Position numbers and translations under genes: made by a program. A DNA stretch of 64,000 nt, taken from contig JASCQW010000105.1 of the NCBI GenBank assembly GCA_030264375.1, positions 47,875,262 to 47,939,261 on the forward strand. Direction: 5' to 3'. This document shows positions 39,031 to 51,480 of the stretch, piece by piece. Each line of letters begins with the position of its first letter. Positions within the stretch are counted from its first letter, which is position 1. The stretch is from Carcharhinus longimanus (Eukaryota). The notes under the pieces were generated by a model. It saw only the letters and a program-made list of their open reading frames with translations, was not told the origin of the DNA and made no database searches.

Positions 39031-40351
39031 TCTTGGAAGAACATACCAAAATTGCACGTGAAAACATTTATGCAGTTTGAGAGCAAAGACTAGTCAACTT
39101 ACAAGAAGAGCATTACAATGTCCAGTTTCAATTTAATGAAGGCATGGGATGCTGGTGGATAGCGGCAGGTAATACTTTGTGGGTAAAAGATTGGTTCTGA
39201 TGTTGGATTGGATATAGATGTAGGAGGAGACATTACATGTCTCCTATCAGCCACATCCTGGAGAGCTGCAACTCTCACCACAGATCTTCTGGATGGATTT
39301 AGGACGGCACATCAATTGACATATAGAACTGAGAGATCTGCTCTCAGCCCCAATCTCAAACTCTTCCTCTGTTGGATGCACCAAATTTACATTCTAACGA
39401 TGTCAGGCCAGTGTGATTAAAGATATTTATTTAAACTAAACGCGTAATTGTGCCTCCTATATGCTGAAGGATGTTGCACATGATTCCTGAAATGATGTTC
39501 CGTGAAGTGCACACCCATTATTGCTACTATTGGCATATTTCTGAAATTCCTCTCTCCACTATAGTAGTGTCCATATTAGTCCATTAAAATAAATAGCTTA
39601 ATGTCACCTCATCATGTAATGAAGCAAGGAATTTCACACAAAACGGCCAAAGTGCATTTAACAGTAATTCTAATGTTAAACACAAGCTAAAACTGATGTT
39701 ATTTATAAAGCATTCCCAAACATCTGGATCTCCAGCAACATGCTTGGCTACCACATGTCCCTTCCAATTTTCAATGAAGATATTCATTTTTATTTAAAAA
39801 TAGATCTTCAGTGCTTTGTATCCATGAATAGAAGAGGAGTCGGGTGCCAATACCTAGGGCAGTAGAGTGTCAAAACCGATTAGTTTACAAATGTTTAGGC
39901 TCTAATCCCAGCCTTGACAGAAACTTATATTGGATTTCTTGTATCAAACTGCATGGTATCTACTTTAGATACTGAAGCAGTATCCCTGATGCAGTGTATG
40001 ATCCAATTTATTTATGTTTTTAAAGAAGCTTTATGCATTTAGGAAAAATTGCTGCAGCAATTTATTTTTCAAAGTTCACATCAATATTTCCTGCACAATT
40101 GGGAGTGATGTAACAATCTCGTTCTTGACTGTAGACATTGGGGTGAACTGCATGAAGACCTGAATATCTACATAATCACATGAACAACAAAAGGTCTATC
40201 ATAGCTCTCAACTAGACTAAACCATCTAAGGGCCACATACAGGACTCTGTACATCAAAAAGCTTGTGTGTAGTATTGTTTACTTTGATATATTCAATAAA
40301 AATACTACCCAACTGCAGGAAAAACAAGTCTCAAATGGGTCACTCTTACTG

Positions 40352-40628
40352 AAGTTTATTTATTACTGTCACGTTTACTTACATTAACACTGCAATGAAC
40401 TATGAAAAACCCCTAGTCGCCACACTCTGCCAGTACACTCGGAGAATTTAGTACGGCCAATACACCTAACTAGCATATCTTTCAGACTGTGGGAGGAAAC
40501 CGGAGCTCCTGGAGAAACCCATAGGCACAGCAAGCATGTACAGGCTTCTCACAGACAGTGACCCAAGCTGGGAATTGAACCCGGGTCCCTAGCGCTGTGA
40601 GGCAGCAGTGCTAATCACTGTGACACCG
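40352..40628 (-). mobile_element. V-SINE, Rex-type tail subfamily
   Basis: Reverse complement of the 10088-10354 family with head, V-domain and tail. Confidence 0.9.
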
Positions 40629-41219
40629 GACTTCCAACAGTTCTGTTTTTGACAGCTCTGCAAATTTATTGGTTCTTAAAATTAATGCCACAACTGAAAG
40701 ACTAAATTCAAATCCTTACTTCTACCAGAAACTGCTACTGAGCGGGAATGAAACTCCTCTTGAGCAGCAGGGCAAAGCAGGCAGCAGTGTGCCAGCAGTC
40801 CATTTCCCAGGCAGTCCAGCCAAGATGAAATGTTATTTCCTTATGTTTAACAAGCTTGATCTGATTGAGAGTCTGGGGTCAAANNNNNNNNNNNNNNNNN
40901 NNNNNNNNNNNNNNNNNNNNNNNNNNNNNNNNNNNNNNNNNNNNNNNNNNNNNNNNNNNNNNNNNNNNNNNNNNNNNNNNNNNTTGAGAGTCTGGGGTCA
41001 AACTGGGTCCAACTCAGCTGAAGTGAACCGAAGGCCAGAAGTGAGATCAGTTTGATTTATTCATGTCAATCCTTTGAATAAAGATGGGGTAGGGTGCCCT
41101 ATCAAAATTTCTTCAGCTAATTTTGACAATGATTACAAAAAAATTACAAAATGATACGAAAGCATTCACAAATTCATGATCTGCAAAGAAGAACTGTTTC
41201 CAAAATGATTCCCCAATTC

Positions 41220-41545
41220 AAAGATCCTTAGACAGCACCTTCCAAACACATGACCACTTCTATCTAGAAGGACAAGGGAAGCAGATACACGGGGACACTA
41301 CCCTGCAAGCTCCCCTCCAAGCATTCACCTTCCTGACTTGAAGATATAATTGCTGTTCCTTCACAGTCGCTGTAAAGGAATCCTGGAATTCCCTCCCAAA
41401 CGGTATTGTGGGTCAACCCACAACACATGGACTGCAGCGATTCAAGAAGATGGCTCACCACTACCTTCTCAAGGGCAATTATGGATGGGCAATAAATACT
41501 GGTCAGCCAGTGAAGCCCACGTCCCACGAATTAATATTAAAAGAA
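41220..41545 (+). mobile_element. CR1/L2-clade LINE 3' end (second family)
   Basis: SWNSLPNGIV...GLQRFKK C-terminal motif, then tail aagggcaattatggatgggcaataaatactggtcagccagtgaagcccacgtcccacgaat. Confidence 0.85.
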
Positions 41546-41579
41546 AACAAGCAGAAGCTACTGCAGTGCTGACACTTCG

Positions 41580-42370
41580 GCAGGGGAAACAATACACACT
41601 TTATTGTGCATTAGTTTTGGTTCTAATGTTGAACCGTGGCTGGAGAAAAACCATCAGATAAAACCTACACAGGCCAGGAGGTAGAGTCAAGCGAGAAATC
41701 ACTGAAACCTGTGATTCTGACCCAGAGCTCTCAATCAGGAAAGCAGTACTGACCTACAAACTAGAGGAACTGAAAAGCTGACAAGATCAACCTAAGAACT
41801 TCAGGAATTATTTCCACAGCTGTTCAGATGACTAGGAAAACTGAAGACAACATTCCACATCACATGGTTCTGAAACAAAGCCTATGTGATATTTCACCAA
41901 AAGAAATTGATTCTATATTTACGCAAGAGTTTACTTCACTCATGACAGAACCAACAAGCTGGTGCTCTGGGATGCTCTGAGTGCCAAAGACCAACAGATC
42001 TATCAGAATTTGAAACATCCTACACAGCCGAACAAAGCTGTTGAGCACCAAGTTCATCCTATGTTGTCTGTGGACCAGAGCCAAGCAACATTAATCAAAG
42101 CTAAGCTACTCACAACCTTCATTACACTGCTTGAAAGGTTTTCTCGCAAGAGATTACCCTTTGCCATCACGTCAGTGGCAAACATCTTCTAGAGGACGAT
42201 GTAAAGTATCATCGAAGGACTGGATGGAGTCATACATCACACAATGATGACCTGATCCATGTAAAGGGAGTGCGAGCTTTGTTGCAACAACTACAGGAAG
42301 CAAGACTTGCACATGACAACAAGTGAGAACTCTCACAGTCGAATGTCAAGTTCCTTAGGCATCTGGTGTC
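41580..42370 (+). mobile_element. Decayed Gypsy LTR-retrotransposon pol (RT) fragment
   Basis: LTTFITLLERFSRKRLPFAITSVANIF*RTM*SIIEGLDGVI matches the Gypsy RT 'TTFITPFGRF...RLPFGI.SAPEIFQR.M..ILEGL.GV' pattern. Confidence 0.8.
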
Positions 42371-42849
42371 AAAGTTGATCCACTTGGCTTATATCTATTT
42401 CAAGAATGTAAAAGTTATGCTGTGACTATCATGTACCTTTTGTTAAGCAACTTATTTTAACACACCACCATGTTTACATTCAGACCAGGATGCATTCTCA
42501 GCGGCACAATCTTACCAGCTTGACTCGCTGGTCAGTGTGGTGAGCCGGGAAGATAGGGTGTGAAGCTAAAAATCTGATTTGCACCAGGCGCAACTTGGAC
42601 GGCCATCTTCCTGGCCCTGTTTTGACGATGAAAATGGCTTCATTCCCAAAAAACAGCATATAGCGCTGATTTACATAGAACTGACTACATTCAAATATAG
42701 TTACTGTTTGACATGGCTGCTTCTGACTTCCTGGATGATGCTTCCCCTTCACCAGCAAGACATCACGCTATCAAGAATCAGTACTGTTCTGCAGTAGTGG
42801 TCAAGACGTGGCTGGGCACTATGAGCCTGGCAGTGCCCACTTTGCATCA

Positions 42850-43320
42850 AAATTGTGCTGGGCAATACCAAGGGGGTGAGGTTGTGCAAAGTTTTTTTTG
42901 GGGGGGGGTGAGGGTGAGAGGTCATAACGTGACGGGGGCATGCTGGGGGTCTACCAAGGGACTCATTAGGAGGGTCTTTATGCCAACAACCTGCGTTGGT
43001 GTCGGAGAGGATGGGGATGGTGGTGACAGTGTCATCAAATGGCCAATGATGAGTAAGAGAGGGGATGGGGGGAGAGATGGAGAGTGTGTATTAGGGATGG
43101 ATGGGGCAAGATGGAGGGGCAGTGAGATGGAGAGAGGTCGGGAGGGAAATGGGGGAGTGGAAGGGAGGGTGAGAGATGAAGGGAGAGGGGACAGCTGNNN
43201 NNNNNNNAGAGCTCTGAGGAGGTCTGTTGGTTCTCTGCAATGGCGCCCAAGTGCTCTGAAGCGAGTGTCCCCAGTGTACTTAACATTGCATCCGAAAGAT
43301 GGCATCTCCAACAACTTATA
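42850..43320. repeat. G/purine-rich low-complexity tract followed by a Deu-like segment
   Basis: Runs of gggg and gagatgg; catccgaaagatggcatctcc near 43288-43309. Confidence 0.6.
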
Positions 43321-43809
43321 AGCAATCAAACTATCTTACCAGTAATGGGGCACTTAATCTTTTGCCTTATGGAAGTGACAAGTTTATGCTCTGTCCCTCA
43401 CTGCCTGGCAATATGCAAATAAACGCACTCAGTTATCCAGGATATATTAGGAAGGAAAAATAAACTTAGCTTAACTCTTGTGTAACTACAGAACTGAACC
43501 CCTTCAGTCAGTCACACTGACCCCTGACTGTCCCTCAACACCCCTACTATTAATAAAGCACACCATCAGGACCTCTGTGGGGTCCCAATGCACATTTTGG
43601 GTCAGATGTCCAGTGTCCAGTTATCCAAACAGCAGAAGATCTGGGCCAACATTACAGGTAGGCAGCAGACATTAACGAACTAACAGTATAAACTTGCCAC
43701 CTCCATAGGGCAAAAGATTAAGCGCCACATTACTGGCAAGTTAGTTTGATTGCTTCTAAGCTGTGACTAAGTTCATTACATTCTCCCCTCTCATTGCACT
43801 CCAGGTCTT

Positions 43810-43975
43810 CAGCACCAAGGCAGACATTTCAGTGAATATTGAGAAAAAACTGCATTGTTCTCCTTTGGGTAGAGGTAAAAGATCCCATGGTAACACTTCA
43901 AAAGAACAGAGAAGTTATCCCAGGTGATCTAGCTAATATTTCTCCCCCAAATCAACAAAAATAGATCATCTGCTT
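43810..43975 (+). mobile_element. Deu-domain SINE remnant
   Basis: gtaaaagatcccatggtaacacttcaaaagaacagagaagttatcccaggtg...aatatttctccc matches the recalled Deu-domain consensus. Confidence 0.6.
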
Positions 43976-45290
43976 TCTAACAGGGGGATTGAAATTCAAG
44001 TAAAAAGTTACACGGATTTACAAAATTCAGGATTGCATTACTTTGATTTGAACAGAGAAAACTGAGGATTAGACAGAAATAATTGAGGTAAAAGCAGGGG
44101 GCTGGAGAATTATTTAAGACCGTGTAATAGCACGTACACTGCAACTTTCTGTACAATTGAATTATATCTTTCTCTGTCACGATTGGATGTATGCTTTGAC
44201 CAAGCATATATATCTATTTTATCATTAATTGCCTGTAAACTCTACATGGTCCAAGGCAGAACCAGAAACAAAGTTAATTGGTAAAATGCAAGTTAGTTCC
44301 AGAGTTGTCTGAACTCTGACCGTACTAATGTTTCTTACTTTTAGAGTCGATGAATCACAGCATGTTGATTCAAAGGTGCAGAGGAAATGTGGAGAAGGAA
44401 AAGAAAAGCTCTTATTTTCTGTGTGAACATCATGAGCCGAGCCATGAGACTCAGGCACCGGAGATAAGGGAGTGGTTGCTAAGACAACATGTACGAGGCT
44501 AAAAGATAGCAGTTCAGCTGCAGCAGTCAGAATTGCAGGAGTTTACAAGGCCACTTGGTTTACAATTAAAATTGCATTTTAAAAACTGCTTGTAAGAACA
44601 GATGTGAAGGCCAGAAGAGTAGATGAAACAAGTTAAACAATTAAAACGTGTCCTCAAAAAAAGTGCGCCATCACATATTGTTGTGCACAGAAGCAATGAG
44701 TATATGAATGGGTTATTCCCCTGCCCCAAAAATATATAGTCAGAATAGTCTGCAACTAAAAGTTAACAGTGATTTAGGAATCTGATCAATTTAAAACTAG
44801 ACTTTCTGAAAGGTACAGACTGCAGCAATTCTTGCCATTTAACACAATCAAGAACAATAGTTGTGATAATGTTATTAGACAATGAATATCTGTACTAACC
44901 GAAAAATATCTCAAGGGCAATAAAGGCTGGCCTGCTCATACCCACCATTGAATAAAGAACAAATTAAAGCTTGTTGTTCAAAGACACAAAGCTCAATCAC
45001 ACAATAATTACTGCTGATGGACAAGAGCCCTTGCTTCTCTAACTGTGGGATAACCACGAAGAATCAGCAAGAATGAGTTGGGTAAAATGGAAAGGTGCAA
45101 ATTGGGATATGGACAGCAAAGTTTTAGATGAGCCCAATTTTACAGAGGTGTGGTGATTGTCTCTTTAATGGCAACACAACAGAGTAACAATCATCTGACC
45201 TGGGTGACAAATTGGGACTCCGTGGAATCATTCCATGGAGAAGGGATCCTAGGCAAAGATGCTTTGGGGAGCTGGCTACAGCCATATTTA

Positions 45291-45552
45291 AAAGTTTATT
45301 TATTAGTCACAAGTAGACTTACATTAACACTGCAAGGAAGTTACTGTGAAATTCCCCTAGTCGCTGCGGTTTGGCTCCTGTTTGGGTCAATGCACCCAAA
45401 CCAGCACATCTTTCAGAATGAGAGAGAAAACAGGAGCATCTGGGAGGAAACCCACACAGCCGTAGAACGTGCAAACTCCACACAGACAGTGATCCAAGCT
45501 GGGAATCAAACCCGGAACCCTGGTGCTGTGAAGCAGCAGTGCTAAACCATTG
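45291..45552 (-). mobile_element. V-SINE, Rex-type tail subfamily
   Basis: aaagtttatttattagtcacaagtagacttacattaacactgca tail, V-domain and head on the minus strand. Confidence 0.9.
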
Positions 45553-45569
45553 TATATGGTTGCCATACA

Positions 45570-46240
45570 ATTTTTTTTCAATAAATTTTTATTGAAGATT
45601 TTTCAATTTAAGGAGTAACAACAAACAATGCAACAAACTTCTAGGCTTGGTATAGTACAGCGTTATTATTTTAACGCATATACATACAGAGCAACAACGT
45701 CATTGATCTAGATTATTCATTGCAAAAGGCACTTCCAAAAGATAAAAACAGTGAAAGGATGCTTTAGAGATTGGGAGAAAATAGAACAAGGTAAAACATG
45801 AGTATATGGCATAATGGTGCATACCCTCGCTTATAGGATACTAGAGATAGAGCCACATAACTCATGGAAAATCCTTATAGGAGTAAGTCAGACAACATGG
45901 AGGCAACTTCTCACAGGTTCCCCAGTGTAAAATACTTGCTTAGGTTCTGCAAACAACAGGACTTCTTCCCATTGGAGAAACCTTAGCACCAGTAAGAGCA
46001 GCCATCTTATTAAGGATAAAGTTAAACGGACTATCTCAGAAAAATTGCCGACATAGCTGCACAAAAGGCAATAGCAAGACACATCAAACATGGCCCCTTT
46101 TAGCTGAAGGCGCCTCCCCCCTCTCCCAACGCTTTCTAAAACAAAGCCAAGTCAATAGTCTCCCACTTGGGAAAAGACAAATTCCTTCCTTCTTTGATTG
46201 GATAAGGCTGAAGCATATACAGCAATCTTCAGCCAGAAGT
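45570..46240 (-). mobile_element. Possible decayed L1/Tx1-type LINE 3' end
   Basis: T-rich end with tttatt (AATAAA on minus) at about 45570-45595; only weak residual similarity upstream. Confidence 0.35.
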
Positions 46241-46249
46241 GCTGAGTGG

Positions 46250-47345
46250 ATGATCCATCTCGCCTCCACCAGTGGTCCCCAACATCTCTGATGCCAGCCT
46301 CCAGCCAACTCAATTCGCTCCATGTGATATCAAGAAGCGGTTGGAGGCACTGAATACTGTAAAGGCAATCAGCCCTGATAACATTCCAGCAATAATACTG
46401 AAGACTTGTATTCCAGAACTTGCTGCTCCGCTAGCCAACTCTTCCAGTACAGTTACAATACTGGCAACTACCCAACAATATGGAAAATTGCCCAGGTATG
46501 TCCTATACACACAAAGCAGGACAGATCCAACCCGGCCAATTATCGCCAAGTCTACTCTTGATCATCAACAGTGCTATCAAGCAGCAACTGCTCAGCAACG
46601 CCCATTTGGGTTTCGTGAGGGTCACTCAGCTGAATTCCAGAGATGAGGTGAGAGTGACAGCCCTTGACATCAAGACCGCATTCAACTGTGGCATCAAGGA
46701 GCCGAGCAAACCAGGAATCAATGGGTATCGGGTGGGGGGGGCAAAGTCTCCACTGGTTGGAGTCATACCTGGTACACAGGAAGATGGTTGTGGAGGGACA
46801 GTCATCTCAGCTCCAGAACATCGCTGCAGGAGTCTCTCAGGGTTGTACCCTAGGCCCAACAATCTTCAGCTGCTTCAGCAATGACCTTCCCTCCATCACA
46901 AGGTTAGAAGTGCGGATGTTCGCCGATGATTGTGCGATGTTCGGTACCATTCGCGACTCCTCAGATACTGCAGCAATCCATGTTCAAATGCAACAAGATC
47001 TGGATAATATCCAGGCTTGGGCTGCCAAGTGGCAAATATTCTTGCCACACAAATGCCAGACAATGACCATCACCAATAAGAGACATTCTAACCATCACGC
47101 CTTGACATTCAATGGTGTTACTATCACTGAATGCCCCACTGTCAACATCCTTGGGGTTACCATTGACCAGAAACTCAACTGGACTCACCACATAAACACA
47201 GTGGCTACAAGAACAGGTCAGAGGCCAGGAATATTGTAGCGAGTAACTCACCTCTTGACTCCCCAAAGCCTATCCATCATCCACAAGGCACACGTCAGCA
47301 GTGTGATGGAATACTCCCCACTTGCCTGGACGGGTGCTCTGGCTA
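46250..47345 (+). mobile_element. CR1/L2-clade LINE RT fragment (second family)
   Basis: KAISPDNIPAIILKTC, TALDIKTAF, GVSQGCTLGPTIFSCFSNDLP...RMFADDC...QQDLDNIQAWAAKWQ, ILGVTIDQKLNW RT motifs with frameshifts. Confidence 0.95.
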
Positions 47346-47789
47346 CCAACTCTGCTCAAGTTCGCACGCATGTCAGCCCGCGCCATCACAACATCAGGCT
47401 GATTTTCCTCATACTTGCACAATGTTACAGACACCACTTCTCCCACTGTCCCATCTGAAACCAGGCCCAATTTACCCAACATTGTCCTGGTTTTTATAGC
47501 TCAGTGTATTCACCAGATCACGACTGTCTTGCTGAGCTAATTAAATAGATTTATGAATAATTCAGTAATCGGCCCTCTTTAGCAATAACTTTATGAGGTT
47601 GCGTAATATGTTTTGATGTTGTATGCTTCAAAGGCTAATTACATATTCTAGTTGATTTTACTCCACATTCTGGAGTATTCCACTGAGATTGAGAATCTAC
47701 TCTGCTCAATTTGGCAAGCAGACCAGTGGGGAGTAGAGCAGAAATCCTTTCACACACAGCGAGATGACACTGTTTGAACGGAAGCAGAT

Positions 47790-47940
47790 TCTTTGAAAAG
47801 CGAATCAGATATGCACTTGAAAAGGGGGAAAAAAGAGTCCTGGGGTATGGGGAATGAGTGGAGGGAGGGATGGCTAATCTTGATGAGCTAACACAGACAT
47901 GATGGGCTGAATGGCCACCTTTTGCGGAGGCCAACGTATT
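47790..47940 (+). mobile_element. Short CR1 3' end
   Basis: ggggtatggggaatgagtgg...cacagacatgatgggctgaatggccacctttt. Confidence 0.7.
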
Positions 47941-48084
47941 TGAAACCACTAAGGCTTTGATTGGGCATTCTGAAAGAAATGGGTGTTACATTTTGATGGC
48001 TTGGCTTTCATGAAGATGCTTTCTCAACATACATTCCTTCATTTCTTGATGAAGGACAGAGATATAATATCTCGGTCAGAATTT

Positions 48085-48405
48085 TTAAAGTTTAAAGTTT
48101 TCAAAGTTCATTTATTAATGTCACAAGTAGGCTTACATTAACACTGCAGTGAAGTTACCATGAAAATCCTCTAGCCGCCACACACTGACATCTGTTCGGG
48201 AACACTGAGGGGGAATTTAGCATGGTCAATGCACTTAACCAGCGCGTCTTTCGGACTGTGGGAGGAAACCGGAGCACCCTGAGGAAATCTACACAGACGC
48301 AGGGAGAACGTGCAAACTCCACACAGACAGTGACCCAAGCCAGGAATCGAACCTGGGTTCCTAGTGCCGTGAGGCGGCAGTGCTAAACACTGTGCCTCCG
48401 TGTCA
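48085..48405 (-). mobile_element. V-SINE, Rex-type tail subfamily, best-preserved copy
   Basis: B box ggaatcgaacc (minus GGTTCGATTCC), full V-domain, tail with (aaagttt)n terminal repeats. Confidence 0.93.
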
Positions 48406-48407
48406 CT

Positions 48408-48525
48408 TCAATTTTCTCGTCCCGCACATCGTGTGAATCGTAGTGGGAGGGTCCCGGACCACGGAAAGGCCCATTGAGCTCGGACTGGATTTTCCAGCCT
48501 GGAGTGACCGTGACCGGAAAATCCC
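48408..48525. repeat. Short hairpin-ended dispersed element
   Basis: Inverted repeat ggattttcc (48487-48495) / ggaaaatcc (48516-48524); homologous inverted copy at 49611-49725. Confidence 0.6.
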
Positions 48526-49161
48526 TTACCTCACCTTTTATCTATGTCTCTCCATCCTGAACGGCGTCACACAACTTTTAGAGATCGAATAACCGAACGC
48601 TTATTCCTGAAGCCGTAAAAAAAATTCTTAACATCCTGTCAANNNNNNNNNNNNNNNNNNNNNNNNNNNNNNNNNNNNNNNNNNNNNNNNNNNNNNNNNN
48701 NNNNNNNNNNNNNNNNNNNNNNNNNNNNNNNNNNNNNNNNNNATTTTTAAAATCCTATATTTTCCTTGGCTGAATGCGCAATGACAGTAGCTAATTTGAG
48801 AATCCTAGAATGTGCGGGGATCACAATTGTTTAAATAGAACGCATCTCCCAGTGTGCTCTTCAGGTGGAGCGGGGGAGACCTAGCCTAGAACACTACACC
48901 ATCTGCATTAATTTAAGTTGAGGACACTGATTTCATCCTATTATATATTTGGATTATGCCAAGAACACAGGTTGGGTTGGGGATCTGTCAGCTTTGCCTT
49001 TGGCCCTGTTAATATTAAATCCTGATGGATTAGTATTTTTGAAAAGCTTGAAAAATTGTCCTGGCAGTGGCAGAATGGGAAAATGTTCTTTGCTTATAAT
49101 CAATGGAGGGTCTCCTTCATTTTGTTGGTAGATGCATTGTGTCAGTTGTATGGCACTTATC

Positions 49162-49485
49162 TTTTTTTTTAATTCATTCGTGGGACATGGTGTCGCTGGC
49201 TGGCCAGCATTTATTGCCCTTCTTTAGTTGCCTTTGGAGGACAGTTGAGAGTCAAGCACATTGCTGTGGCTCTGGAGTCATAAGTCAGCCAGACCTGGTA
49301 AGAACGACAGATTTCCTTCCCTAAATGGAGCAGACGGGTTTTCCCAACAATCGACAATGATTTCACGGTCAGCAGTAGATTCTTAATTCCAGATGTTTCA
49401 CCGAATTCAAATTCCACCATCTGCTGTGGCGGGATTTGAACCCGGGTCCCCACAGCCAAGTTTCTGGATTATGCCTAGTGATAAT
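49162..49485 (-). mobile_element. Third tRNA-derived SINE family
   Basis: B box GGTTCAAATCCC (49431-49442, minus); 3' tail matches the LINE tail at 41468-41535. Confidence 0.85.
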
Positions 49486-49610
49486 AAGTCCCCCAACCCA
49501 GGTATAGAAAAGGCTGGACAGCCAAAAATTCACGTGCCATGCTCGTGGTGCACACTAAAGCATACTTCCCCATCCCCAGCTATACCGGGGCACAACTGAT
49601 ACAAAACAGT

Positions 49611-49725
49611 GGACAGGATTTTACAGCCTTGCTTATCCCAAAACCGTAAAATCCTGCCCAAGGTCAACGGACCTTCCTATTGTCCGCTCCAATTCCCATG
49701 GTGGACGGGTGGTAAGATTCTGGTC
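49611..49725. repeat. Short hairpin-ended dispersed element
   Basis: Perfect 11-bp inverted repeat caggattttac (49614-49624) / gtaaaatcctg (49646-49656). Confidence 0.6.
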
Positions 49726-50449
49726 AGTGTCTTTTCCCAGGATATATGCTCTGTTTGTACCTTCACAGGAGTCAGAGACTCATTAACCTCAAAATAGCAA
49801 AAATACAGAAAAAATTACTACACAACACCAATAGTTCTAAGGGGGCTTTCCTTACCAGCTGTAAGGGCTCATTATGGGTATGGCCCAACCTTGACACTAA
49901 ACCACCCACCCACCTCCCCGCACTGTCATTACTTATATTAGCCATGACAAGAGTAAAGTAAAGGATATCATTGTGTATGCTGTTATCGCTGCAAGGATTA
50001 TAAAAAGAAAACAGATAAATATCATGCAGGCCTAATGCTGCGCAACCTACCCAGCACACTCTCCAACACACTTGGGCTCTTTAAGGATATTAAACCATGA
50101 GGATTCAATTTTGACGCAGGACCAGAAGCAGTGCAGGTAGGTAGTCTGTGTCACCTGCACCTCTCACACGATTAGGATATAGTAGGATCAAATGTGTGTC
50201 TTAAGCTTGGAGTAATTAAAAAGAACACGCTGAGGAACGCACTCCATTATAAACAAACGGACATCACTGATTTTCAAAGGATAACAGGCGAACTTTGCAT
50301 TAGTGCTCATTACTAGATCACCCATCAACATGATAAATAACACCACAAAAATCACAGAGTGTAACGACAAAGGGTAGGGATAAGCTGCAGACTGTGACTC
50401 CAAATTATTGCCATCCACAATGTTTTGAGAGGTCCATTATAGGACTGTC

Positions 50450-51480
50450 AGACTGCCTTAAGGATCGGTCAGACATCACCCTCAGCATAGCAGGATAAAA
50501 CAGGGCAACCTGCATTCAGATAACTTTCCGAAGCCTTCCGGCCTCATCAAAATACCTGCAATCGAAGCTATGAAAATGCATGATCATCAGCTGGGGGTAA
50601 GGCCTCAAAAAACAGAATACGATGGGCCCCTTCAAGATTAATATGCCCATCTTTCATGTTGAAAAGAAGAAAATCTAGTAGCCAGTTCTCAAAAGATATG
50701 TCTGGGAGCTCGCCCCTCAGCTCCTCTGGAAAGCTGGCCATCTGGACGCTCCTCCTTCAGCCTCAGCTCTCCAGATTGATCAGGATATCTGAGATAGATT
50801 GTAGCTGATTTTCCAAGGATTGAAAGAGGGCCTCGACTGAGAAAGCTGCATTCTCGACACTAAGGATTCTTTCCTCCATGTCATCAAGCTTCTTATTGGT
50901 TACTCTACACAGTCCAGCAATATGAGCACTGAAATTCTGTGCCAAGAAGCCAATGCTGTCATCTATGACCTTAAACATATTAGAACATAGAACATTACAG
51001 TGCAGTACAGGCCCTTCGGCCCTCGATGTTGCGCCGACCAGTGGAACCAATCTAATNNNNNNNNNNNNNNNNNNNNNNNNNNNNNNNNNNNNNNNNNNNN
51101 NNNNNNNNNNNNNNNNNNNNNNNNNNNNNNNNNNNNNNNNNNNNNNNNNNNNNNNNATAAGGTTTGTGAGGCACAACCTACCCTTCACAAAACCGTGTTG
51201 ACTATCCCTAATCAATTTATTTCCCTCTAGATGTTTATAAATCCTATCCCTTATAATTCTTTCCAAATATTGGCATATTTCCACATTGGCAGTCATCATC
51301 TACAAAGCCTTTGATATTGCCAGGTTATCAGCCCACTCACTGGCCAAATCACCGTACTGAGGGCTCAGCTCCAGCCTGGCTTCCTCCAACTGCTTCCCTC
51401 AGTCAAGAGTTTTCATGACTTTACTCACTATTTTGTCCCAAATCTTAACCAAAAATCTTACGGATCTTACATCATACAAA
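50450..51480 (-). mobile_element. Decayed L1-type ORF1 fragment interrupted by a CR1 insertion
   Basis: Coiled-coil-like KKLDDMEERILSVE...LQSISDILINLES*GWRRSVQMASFPE resembles the L1 ORF1 'LENRSRRNNIRI.GLPE' motif. Confidence 0.6.
50975..51270 (-). mobile_element. Young CR1 LINE insertion spanning an assembly gap
   Basis: LERIIRDRIYKHLEGNKLIRDSQHGFVKGRLCLTNL on one side of the gap; CR1 tail with (agaacat)n repeats on the other. Confidence 0.9.

Noticed and set aside
42713-43329. 202-aa and 135-aa ORFs
   Set aside because: Produced by G-rich low-complexity sequence and read through an N gap
46664-47239. 191-aa ORF as a host gene
   Set aside because: It is a frameshifted LINE reverse transcriptase fragment
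48535-48606. 72-nt minus-strand exon with good splice sites
   Set aside because: Stops in all three frames; at most a noncoding exon, unsupported
50763-51299. 178-aa ORF
   Set aside because: Chimera of CR1 RT, an N gap, a CR1 tail and L1-like ORF1
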